From: Pseudomonadota bacterium
Lineage (GTDB): Bacteria; UBA10199; 2-02-FULL-44-16; JAAZCA01
DNA length: 28,122 nucleotides
NCBI GenBank assembly: GCA_043822785.1
Contig: JBDRBN010000034.1
Location: forward strand, 1 to 28,122
Direction of reading: 5' to 3'
Shown one piece after another: positions 1 through 7,724 of the stretch. Position 1 is the first letter of the stretch; each line of letters starts with the position of its first letter. The notes under the pieces are model-generated. The model was not told the origin of the DNA, did no database searches, and saw only the letters and a list, made by a program, of their open reading frames with translations. The translations under genes were made by a program, and so were the position numbers.

Positions 1-15
1 TTTCTCATGTCTAGG

Positions 16-101
16 TGTCATTGCGAGGAGCGTTTAGCGACGAAGCAATCTCCCGCAAACACAGGTTATAAGGGGATTGCTTCGCTTTGCTCGCAATGAC
101 A
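16..101. repeat. REP-like palindromic repeat, copy 1 of 7
   Basis: TGTCATTGCGAG...GAAGCAATC...GATTGCTTC...CTCGCAATGACA; nested inverted repeats; six more copies in the window. Confidence 0.9.
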
Positions 102-138
102 TCCATGAAAAACAAGCAGTTCTAACGCGACAGCAGTG

Positions 139-227
139 AAATATCTAATATCAAAGAGGCTCTGTTTGGGTGTTTGAGATTAACGATTAGAAATTCCTTC
201 GGATTTCGATATTCGATATTTGGATTT
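139..227. repeat. Degenerate heptamer tandem repeats (AAATCCN/AATATCN family) in inverted arrangement
   Basis: AAATATCTAATATCAAA at 139-155; the reverse complement of 198-227 reads AAATCCA AATATCG AATATCG AAATCCG. Confidence 0.6.
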
Positions 228-232
228 GCCTT

Positions 233-1057
233 TTAAGTGTTCCACTCTGCAGGATCTAGCTTGTAATACTCCTTAAGTTCCTCATACAGCTCTGGATGTT
301 TGTCCTTAAGTTGCTTTCCCTTTTCAAAAAATGTCTCTGTTGCCACTGCAAAAAACTCGGCTGCATTAGTGGCGCCATAAAGATCCATCACATCCCTTAT
401 ATGATTTTGTGCCTTGTGCTTAAGCTCATCGTACTGGCTGCCTAGCACCCGCGCCCAAGCAGCATAACTTGAACGATGGTCCAAAATGGGCGCTCCATCG
501 CTTCTGCCATCCTCCTGATCCAGCTGATGGGCAAATTCATGCAACACCACGTTATGCCCTCCTTCCATATCAAGGGTTTTCTGCTTAACATGATCCCAGG
601 CCAAAACCACTACGCCCTGGGTCCACGATTCTCCAAGCCGGGCAGAATCTTCCTCAATGTGGTGAGTGCCCATATCCACAACGCGCTTTGCAAGATATGC
701 GCTCGGATACACCAAAATCACATCGCATTTGGGAAAGTATGTAGCCTTGCGGTTAAGAAGCAGCATGCAGGCCTGGGCTGCAATGGTTACCTTTATCTCA
801 TCAGACATCTCTAGCCCGCCGCATCCCTCAAAGCGCTTCTCTTTTAGAAAGTTATGCATATGGCCATAGAGATCTTGCCTGAGCGAATCAGGAAGAACGC
901 GAAATAGAGCCACGTTTCGCATAAGCATATCGTGCCAACCTGCAGTCGCAGGCTCTTTCATAAGCCTTTTACGGCGCACGTTGCGGGTAATCCGGCTCAC
1001 TCCGATCGCTATGGGCACAATCACCAGGGCAGCTCCTATTAACGGAATGCTTAACAT
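233..1057 (-). CDS. MtfA-family (peptidase M90) zinc-dependent peptidase with N-terminal TM helix
   Basis: NVVLHEFAHQLD zinc motif, YGATNAAEFFAVATETFFE, LGESW, IAAQACMLLL. Confidence 0.88.
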   Translation of the reverse strand: MLSIPLIGAALVIVPIAIGVSRITRNVRRKRLMKEPATAGWHDMLMRNVALFRVLPDSLRQDLYGHMHNFLKEKRFEGCGGLEMSDEIKVTIAAQACMLLLNRKATYFPKCDVILVYPSAYLAKRVVDMGTHHIEEDSARLGESWTQGVVVLAWDHVKQKTLDMEGGHNVVLHEFAHQLDQEDGRSDGAPILDHRSSYAAWARVLGSQYDELKHKAQNHIRDVMDLYGATNAAEFFAVATETFFEKGKQLKDKHPELYEELKEYYKLDPAEWNT

Positions 1058-1174
1058 GTTCCTTTATCCTTTCGAAGCATGTGTACCTTATCTCAACAAG
1101 TATAAAGTTTCAATTTGCATCCTTAATCGATTTGTATATAGAAACCGCAATCAAACAACACAGGAGGTCTTAAT

Positions 1175-1345
1175 ATGGCATACACTATTAATGAAGAATG
1201 TATCAACTGCGGCGCTTGCGAGCCTGTTTGTCCGACAGAAGCAATAACCGAAAAAGATGAGAAGAGAGTCATCGATGCTGAAAAATGCACATCCTGCGGC
1301 GTGTGTGTAGATGAATGCCCGGTCGAAGCTATATCTGAAGGATGA
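1175..1345 (+). CDS. 2[4Fe-4S] ferredoxin, 56 aa (not in ORF track)
   Basis: Manual translation MAYTINEECINCGACEPVCPTEAITEKDEKRVIDAEKCTSCGVCVDECPVEAISEG*; two CxxCxxCxxxCP motifs; AGGAGG RBS at 1162-1167; ATGA overlap with the next gene. Confidence 0.95.
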   Translation: MAYTINEECINCGACEPVCPTEAITEKDEKRVIDAEKCTSCGVCVDECPVEAISEG

Positions 1346-3405
1346 ATCCAAAGCGCATCATAATATCCGCTGTTGTAATCGCCGTTGTTTTTTTCGCCGT
1401 ATCCTTTCTCAAGGGCGATCTGGCCTATCTGCATGAGCTCACCGCAACCACTTTGGTGCGAAGCCAAATAGAAGGTGTGCTTGGTGCTTTGCCCAAAGGC
1501 GAAAAGCCCATTATCGCGTTCAAATTCAACGGCGATCCCGCATACAAAGAAGCTGTGCAAAAGGAGATTGCTGGCTACGACGGCGTTAAGATCGATGCTA
1601 GCTCAAAGCAAATATTAACTGCCCTTGTCGACGACGATGGAAAGGTCGTCTCCTCAACGCTATCCCTTGATGCAGATGGCAAAGAACTTTCAAAAGAGAC
1701 GAGTTCCATGCGCCTTGGCAGTTGGTTGTCGCTTCTGCCGCCTCTTCTGGCCATCATACTCGCAATTGTTTTAAGAAAAGTTCTGCTTTCGCTAGGCTTG
1801 GCCATATGGCTTGGCGCATTTTTGCACTACAGCCTAAATCCCTTAAAATCTGCGTGGTATGCAGTCAGCCACTACATCTGGGGCAACTTCATAGGCGAGT
1901 TCAGTCTAATGATTCTATGTTTTGTGTTCGTGCTTGTCGGCATGGTCAATGTGATTAACCGTGGCGGAGGCATGGCAGGCGTGGTCAATCTGATCACAAA
2001 AATCGCCAGATGCGCCAGGACTGCATGCTTATCAGCCACATGCATGGGCGTTCTCATCTTCTTTGACGATTATACAAACACCATCGTAGTAGGCACCACC
2101 ATGCGCAGCTTTACGGATAAGATGCGCGTGAGCCGCGAAAAGCTGGCATACATCGTAGATTCCACCGCAGCCCCTGTGGCAGGCATTGCTATCCTATCCA
2201 CATGGATAGGCTTTGAGGTGTTGCAACTGCATAAGGTTGCTGAGTTCATAGGCATTGGCGAGAGCGGATATTCGCTGTTTTTACACGCGCTGCCATTTCG
2301 CTTTTACTGCATATTTGCAATCTTTTTTGTGTTTTTGGTTTCAATAATGAGGCGCGATTTTGGACCCATGCTCCATGCCGAGCAGCGCGCAGCACAAAGC
2401 GGCGAAGTGGTTGATCCTGACCCAGACGCAGATCATTCTGCAGAGCCCATGCTAAAGGCAGCAGATCCAAAAGAAGGCGTGCCGGAGCGCTGGTGCAATG
2501 CCATAATTCCCGTATTCTCAGTGATTTTATTTTTGGTAATCGGAATTATCTGGCGTGGATCATCTCTCATAGAAAAGGCAGGCGGGCAGTTTAGCCTTTT
2601 TAGCCTTACTAGCTTGCGCGAGTGCTTCATAAATATTGGCGGCGATGGTAACACACTCTTCTTCATCATGCTGTTCGCAGCGATAACTGGCTCGGCAATA
2701 GCTGCCCTGCTTTTCATGGCTCAAGGAATATTAAACTTTAAAGAAATAGCTAGCGCATGGCTTTCTGGATGGAGGATCATCCCGGCTGCGGCAATTCTGA
2801 TTTTGGCCTGGGCCATACGCGAGGTGTGCGATGATCTGGGCACAGCGCTCTTTTTGTCATCGATGGTTAAAGGAGTGTTCAATCCTTTAGTGCTTCCTGT
2901 AATTATCTTTTTGCTTTCATCTGCGGTCTCCTTTGCCACTGGAACATCGTTTGGCACCATGGGGCTATTGCTTCCAACAGTTGCACCTCTGGCGTTTACG
3001 CTGGGCTCGCCTGCAATATTCTTTATGTCATTGGGTGCGGTTCTTGATGGTGCCATCTTTGGCGATCACTGCTCTCCCATATCAGACACCACCGTGCTCT
3101 CATCCTTATCATCATCATGCGATCTTTCCGACCATGTGCGAACACAGATGCCATATGCGATTTTGTGTATGTTCGTGGCAATGATATGCGGATATCTACC
3201 TGCTGCCTTTGGACTTAGCCCGTTTTATCTCTATGGGCTTGGCGCGCTGGTACTCATAAGCGTACTTCTCGTGATAGGCAAAAATCCAGAGAAGCAAGCT
3301 TTGGCAACTAGCCTTGCTACCGACGCCTCCTCAAAAGCATCCTGCAAAGAAAAAGCGCAAGAGGAACATACCCTAAAAACATGCCCTGCGAACCCCCAGA
3401 CATGA
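1342..3405 (+). CDS. Na+/H+ antiporter NhaC-family transporter with N-terminal soluble extension
   Basis: IFFDDY, SREKLAYIVDSTAAP, FATGTSFGT, GAIFGDHCSPISDTTVLSS, DHVRTQMPYA motifs; many TM helices. Confidence 0.9.
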   Translation: MNPKRIIISAVVIAVVFFAVSFLKGDLAYLHELTATTLVRSQIEGVLGALPKGEKPIIAFKFNGDPAYKEAVQKEIAGYDGVKIDASSKQILTALVDDDGKVVSSTLSLDADGKELSKETSSMRLGSWLSLLPPLLAIILAIVLRKVLLSLGLAIWLGAFLHYSLNPLKSAWYAVSHYIWGNFIGEFSLMILCFVFVLVGMVNVINRGGGMAGVVNLITKIARCARTACLSATCMGVLIFFDDYTNTIVVGTTMRSFTDKMRVSREKLAYIVDSTAAPVAGIAILSTWIGFEVLQLHKVAEFIGIGESGYSLFLHALPFRFYCIFAIFFVFLVSIMRRDFGPMLHAEQRAAQSGEVVDPDPDADHSAEPMLKAADPKEGVPERWCNAIIPVFSVILFLVIGIIWRGSSLIEKAGGQFSLFSLTSLRECFINIGGDGNTLFFIMLFAAITGSAIAALLFMAQGILNFKEIASAWLSGWRIIPAAAILILAWAIREVCDDLGTALFLSSMVKGVFNPLVLPVIIFLLSSAVSFATGTSFGTMGLLLPTVAPLAFTLGSPAIFFMSLGAVLDGAIFGDHCSPISDTTVLSSLSSSCDLSDHVRTQMPYAILCMFVAMICGYLPAAFGLSPFYLYGLGALVLISVLLVIGKNPEKQALATSLATDASSKASCKEKAQEEHTLKTCPANPQT

Positions 3406-4780
3406 GCTGACAGCCTCCGCTCGAATGGATGCCTATTCCGGTTAACGATATGGTCTGCGGGCTCGTGCCGGTATTGTCGGTTATTGAGATTACTGCGTTT
3501 AGAATATCCTTCTCAGCCGGCGTAAAAGTAACTTCTATCCGGCATGTGCTGCCGCCGGCTATTGTGGATCCGTGGCAAGTATCCTCCTCGCTGTAACTGT
3601 GTGAGTCATCACCACTCGTCTCAACATCTTGTATTACCAGAGCTTCGTCTCCACCATTAGTGAGCGTAACTGTCTGAGGATCGCTGGGCTGATGCACTGT
3701 TTGCTGTCCAAAATCAAGGGTAGTTGCTGAGAGATTGGCTTGCGGACCTGTGTTCTCTATGCCTTGTCCGGCTAGATTAACGCTTTGCGGGCTGTCTGTT
3801 GCGTTATCGTCGACGAGCAGCGTGCCTGTTGCCGACCCAGCAGCCAGAGGCGTAAACGTAACATTGATCGTACACTGTGCATCTGCTGCCAGCGCAGCAC
3901 CACAATCATCCGTCTGGGCAAAGTTCGCGCTTGGAGTGATTGCATTGATGGTGAGATTAACTGTTCCTGTGTTTGTGAGCGTTATGCTCTTGGCTTGGCT
4001 TGTGGTGCCCACCTGTTGGTTTCCAAAATTAAGCGAGTGTGTTGATAGGCTGGCATCAGCTTGCCCTGGATTTATGCCCGTGCCTATGAGCGAAATCGTC
4101 TGGGGGCTGTCGGCTGCGTCATCGGTTATCGTAACCGTGCCCGTATATGCAATGGCTGCAGTGGGATCAAATGTTATGCCCAGCATGCAACTGGCCTGTG
4201 CATCGACTGACGTGCCGCAGTTATCTGTTACGGTGAAGTTATCGCTCGCTTGTATGCTTGTGACTGCAAGCGCCTCATTGCCGGAGTTTGTGAGCAGCAC
4301 CTCATATGCTGAGCTGGATTTATTGATCGTTTGGTGACCGAAATCTATGCTTGTAGTGGAAAGCGTTACCTCAGGAGCCACTCCCCTGCCCTTGATGAGC
4401 GCTGTGTCCACTATATGTGACCCCGTATCAATTATCGTGAAATTCGTAGAATAGTGGCCCAACTGATCCGGCGAAAAGCTTATGCCCACAGTGCAGGATT
4501 CTTGATCATAAAGCACAACGCCAGAGCATGCATCATTGACGATGCTGAAGTTCTGTGTATTGCCGATCTTTGCGCTGAAGATATAAAGAGGCAATACAGA
4601 CTGAGTTTTTGTGACAGTGAAGTTTTGTGTGTCGGCTGTAGTGCCAATGCGCGTGTTGGGAAATTCCATCAGATCTGGCGTGATCACAGCTGTTGGAAAG
4701 ACCTGGGCCGCGGCGCGCTGTGAGATAAAACCGCTCATAATTATTGCAAGAGCTATGAGACAAAATCTCATGAATCGCAT
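3317..4780 (-). CDS. Secreted protein with four choice-of-anchor D/ASH-like Ig domains and a C-terminal GGC-TM-RRRR sorting signal
   Basis: Signal peptide from Met at 4780 (GGGGGA RBS); ~100-aa repeats (LSxxxxxFGxQ...LTNxG...DxC...CxxxVTFxP...DxxxxSPQxxxLxGxG); ends SSGGCQL...hydrophobic...RRRR. Confidence 0.8.
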   Translation of the reverse strand: MRFMRFCLIALAIIMSGFISQRAAAQVFPTAVITPDLMEFPNTRIGTTADTQNFTVTKTQSVLPLYIFSAKIGNTQNFSIVNDACSGVVLYDQESCTVGISFSPDQLGHYSTNFTIIDTGSHIVDTALIKGRGVAPEVTLSTTSIDFGHQTINKSSSAYEVLLTNSGNEALAVTSIQASDNFTVTDNCGTSVDAQASCMLGITFDPTAAIAYTGTVTITDDAADSPQTISLIGTGINPGQADASLSTHSLNFGNQQVGTTSQAKSITLTNTGTVNLTINAITPSANFAQTDDCGAALAADAQCTINVTFTPLAAGSATGTLLVDDNATDSPQSVNLAGQGIENTGPQANLSATTLDFGQQTVHQPSDPQTVTLTNGGDEALVIQDVETSGDDSHSYSEEDTCHGSTIAGGSTCRIEVTFTPAEKDILNAVISITDNTGTSPQTISLTGIGIHSSGGCQLMSGGSQGMFLGYVPLALFLCRMLLRRRR

Positions 4781-4887
4781 GTTATCCCCCTTTTTGCTCA
4801 CAATAAAGTATTTGAATTTTAATATCATTTCATCAATATGCAATAGGTTTTAACGCGTCCGCGCCCGAAACAATAGAGGAGGTAATT

Positions 4888-5466
4888 ATGAAAGTCGTTG
4901 CGTTTAACGGTAGCCCAAGAAAAGAGGGCAACACCGAACTCTTGATAAAGCATGTATTCGCAGAGCTAGATAATGAAGGCATTGAAACCGAACTTGTGCA
5001 AATAGGCGGAAAAGCGATTCGTGGCTGCAATGCCTGCTACAAATGCTATGAGAACAAGAACAATCGCTGCGTCATTGATAGCGATGTGATCAACGAGTGC
5101 ATTGAAAAGATGCATCATGCAGATGGCATCATTCTAGGCTCGCCCACATATGTGTGCGACATGACGCCCGAGTTAAAAGCGCTCATCGATCGCGCATGTC
5201 TTGTATCAAGGGCAAACAATACTTTTTTAAAGAGAAAGGTGGGCGCTGCTGTAGTAGCAGTGCGCAGGGCAGGCGCCATCCACACCCTGGATTCAATCAA
5301 TCACTTCTTCACCATATCGCAGATGATCGTTGTCGGTTCCAGCTACTGGAATTTGGGCATCGGCAAAGATGCGGGTGATGTTGAAAACGACGAAGAGGGC
5401 ATGAGAACCATGAAGACCCTCGGCCGCAATATGGCGTGGCTGCTTAAGAAACTCAGCACTTCTTAA
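4888..5466 (+). CDS. Iron-sulfur flavoprotein (Isf-like, FMN_red/flavodoxin family)
   Basis: [12 protein letters not shown] loop, GCNACYKC...C cluster, GSPTY, RRAGA; GAGGAGG RBS. Confidence 0.9.
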   Translation: MKVVAFNGSPRKEGNTELLIKHVFAELDNEGIETELVQIGGKAIRGCNACYKCYENKNNRCVIDSDVINECIEKMHHADGIILGSPTYVCDMTPELKALIDRACLVSRANNTFLKRKVGAAVVAVRRAGAIHTLDSINHFFTISQMIVVGSSYWNLGIGKDAGDVENDEEGMRTMKTLGRNMAWLLKKLSTS

Positions 5467-5485
5467 AATCTTCAGCACGCAGGGG

Positions 5486-6116
5486 CATGTGCAAATTATT
5501 CTGCGGGCAGGCTTGCCAGAGTTTTTCTGCGTCGGCTTCGGGTCCTCCTCTGGAAGACCCCAATTTCGGCATCGGCTGAGTAGGCATCGTGCCCTTGCCA
5601 AGCTCTATCACAGCCTGTCCCGATGACCGCACGATTTTTCCAAAGGAAAAATCGTTTGCGGCATCGAGGATCCTCGATTCGGCCTGTATTTTTCTTGCGA
5701 AAAATGACGCCGAATCGGGACTGGCGAAATCGGGGGCCCTACCCAGCGCCACCCCAAGCCGACCAACGAAAACTACTCATGCAAGCAAGCCTGCTCTTTA
5801 TGTTCGCCTCTGCACAGGATCGGGTGGATCGATTTGCGATATCGCGGAGAGAGCCGATTTTGTTCGGCGAATGTTTGCCGGTCGTGCCTGGCAAGAACCC
5901 CTTATTGCACGACGCCGACGGATGTTTGAGCCCCGACGGAGCCAAACACTGTAAAAGATATGAAAGCGCAGTCGAGGCGAGTTCCGTCGGCGAGGCAAAC
6001 TGAGTCCGTTACAAAATCGTGCGAGCGCAGTGTCTAGCAAATCGATCCACCCGGTCCTGCGCAGAAGCGCTAGAAGCGAAACCAACGTTTCCAGCTAATC
6101 TACTAATTTGCATATG
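5486..6116. repeat. Compound palindromic intergenic element (MITE/REPIN-like or structured RNA) made of two long nested hairpins
   Basis: Ends CATGTGCAAATTA/TAATTTGCATATG. Hairpin 1 arms 5507-5516/5785-5794 and 5531-5538/5756-5763. Hairpin 2 arms 5805-5837/6037-6069 (30 of 33 complementary) and 5913-5922/5983-5992. Confidence 0.7.
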
Positions 6117-6125
6117 TATTCAGAG

Positions 6126-6422
6126 TCAGCCGCAACAGGTGTCGCCTTTGGTGCAGTCGCAGGTGGGTTCTGTGCCCCTGATGGCGCCGATGATGATGCC
6201 GGTTGCGCAGCCAACGCCTGATCTTACGCTTAGCGCGTAGGAAGCACAGTTGCGCGCACACGCTCCACACTCAATGCATGCATCGCGATTTATGATACCC
6301 GCTTTTTTATCAGCGATCTCAAACACCGCATGCGGACACACTACCGTGCACATCTTGCAGCCAGTGCACTTATCTATATAGAGCTTAAGCGTTGTGACGT
6401 TTTTAAGATATTCAAGTGCCAT
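6126..6422 (-). CDS. hgcB: Mercury methylation ferredoxin HgcB
   Basis: CTGCKMCTVVCPH and CIECGACARNC clusters, GVGCA, Cys-rich tail TCDCTKGDTCCG; 10 nt downstream of hgcA; start reassigned to MALEYLKNVTTL. Confidence 0.95.
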   Translation of the reverse strand: MALEYLKNVTTLKLYIDKCTGCKMCTVVCPHAVFEIADKKAGIINRDACIECGACARNCASYALSVRSGVGCATGIIIGAIRGTEPTCDCTKGDTCCG

Positions 6423-6432
6423 TAGAATAACC

Positions 6433-7455
6433 TCATACAAAAAGCCCCGCAACCCACAGTCCCAATCCAATAACAGCGCTCACAATCTGAATCGGCACAG
6501 CAAAGCGCATCTCGCGACGAACACCCGATAACGATGTAAACGTAGATGATCCAGTAAAATTCATAGCCATAAAGCTTGTCACAACAGGGATGAGAAATGC
6601 CCAAGCCAAAACAGAAGGCCAAGCGCCCAGAAATCCTGCATGAAAGTACGTATATGTAAGAAGTGCAGCTGCACAAATGATTCCTATCCACAAGCCCTTT
6701 AGGGCAAAAGCCCTGCCCGGAAGGAATGGCAGAAGTATTGGAGTGAGTATGCCACCAGCTAAATATGCGGCCAGAAAGATCGCTGCGCTCTTTATCCCTA
6801 GATCAACTATCCTATCTGGCGAAAAGCCGCCTGCGCCGAGACCAGCTAAGAGTAGTAAACATGCGGCTACTATAAGCGCGACTTTGGCCCACGCCAAAAT
6901 CTCCAGAGGAATGAGAGTTGCTCTTTTACGAATAGGAAACTCGATCCTTCGCATCCTAGGCAATGCCTTCATTCCGCCGTTCATAAACGTCAAGATGTCA
7001 GAAGCAAGGATAGGGCCATATATGATCTTAAAACCACACTTCCTTTGCACCTCATGAGCGCTAACACCTGGTGCGCCTAGCTGTGGGACGATAAGTCTTT
7101 TGTGCGATACAATCTCGTGTAATTTAGTTTCAGTAACCTGCCTCACTATCTCATCAGTACCAAAGGTACCTTTACCTGCTGCACACCACACGTTTATGCC
7201 GTGCGTATCCAGCACAAGTATCCACGCGCTCATGTTTCTGAGGTTCGCGCGCAGCTTATCAAAACTCATTTTGTAATTAGCTGATACAAAGACTGGCGAC
7301 TGATCAGTTGGATTTCCTAGCTCATAAAGGCCAGGCTTAACCCTATAGCGCATGCGGCCTATGCCTAGCCTTGCCTTAAATGCACCGAACTTATCGCGAA
7401 ATGCGAGTTCAGTAGATACCTGTTGTGCGTTTGCTTTCATTTCAGTCGTAACCAT
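6433..7455 (-). CDS. hgcA: Mercury methylation corrinoid protein HgcA
   Basis: Cap-helix motif GINVWCAAGKGTFGT, ANYKMSFD, PQLGAPGV, C-terminal TM domain with NFTGSSTFTSLSGVRREM; followed by hgcB. Confidence 0.97.
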   Translation of the reverse strand: MVTTEMKANAQQVSTELAFRDKFGAFKARLGIGRMRYRVKPGLYELGNPTDQSPVFVSANYKMSFDKLRANLRNMSAWILVLDTHGINVWCAAGKGTFGTDEIVRQVTETKLHEIVSHKRLIVPQLGAPGVSAHEVQRKCGFKIIYGPILASDILTFMNGGMKALPRMRRIEFPIRKRATLIPLEILAWAKVALIVAACLLLLAGLGAGGFSPDRIVDLGIKSAAIFLAAYLAGGILTPILLPFLPGRAFALKGLWIGIICAAALLTYTYFHAGFLGAWPSVLAWAFLIPVVTSFMAMNFTGSSTFTSLSGVRREMRFAVPIQIVSAVIGLGLWVAGLFV

Positions 7456-7587
7456 CTATGGCAGTGAGCATTCTTTGACAAATTTATGAAACGGCAGCAC
7501 CCTGCACGGTAACGTAGCGTGCTCATAATCTTTTTTGCCCATATGAACTACATAAAATTTTGGTATGTTTTTAAGCCTCTTGAGCAT
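7456..7587 (-). pseudogene. 43-codon ORF, possible internally deleted remnant of an AAA-ATPase/DUF4143 gene
   Basis: MLKRLKNIPKFYVVHMGKKDYEHATLPCRVLPFHKFVKECSLP*; AGGAG RBS; TAG abuts the hgcA ATG in frame; family resemblance recalled, not searched. Confidence 0.45.
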
Positions 7588-7602
7588 TTTTAACTCCTAT
7601 CT

Positions 7603-7635
7603 AAATTACTCATGAGTATTTTATACAGGTGTCAA
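7603..7635 (-). promoter_or_regulatory. Candidate promoter/operator for the small ORF-hgcAB unit
   Basis: TTGACA on the minus strand at 7635-7630; perfect palindrome TACTCATGAGTA at 7607-7618, extending to 7603-7622 with one mismatch; no consensus -10 at 17 nt. Confidence 0.4.
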
Positions 7636-7724
7636 AACATTGCATGAATGTTCCTTTCTATGAATCATTAATAATTACAAAGCTCGAACAAAGATCTTTC
7701 AAATCGGTGCCAGGCACATTTGCA

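Noticed and set aside
1..8. Possible minus-strand start codon of a gene leaving the window
   Set aside because: Too little sequence to support a call.
3735..4337. 200-aa plus-strand ORF and the other antisense ORFs in the track
   Set aside because: They are shadows of well-supported genes on the opposite strand.
5453..6085. Overlapping ORFs of 68-126 aa on both strands
   Set aside because: No recognisable motifs; they are explained by GC-rich palindromic sequence.
7456..7458. Selenocysteine or genome-wide recoding extending HgcA
   Set aside because: The in-frame stop is TAG, not TGA, and TAG terminates ordinary genes here (dnaX, adenosine deaminase).
7603..7635. MerR operator upstream of hgcA (TTGAC plus CATGAGTA recalls the mer promoter)
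   Set aside because: The CCGTAC...GTACGG dyad is absent, the palindrome is not centred in a 19-nt spacer, and no merR gene is present in the window.
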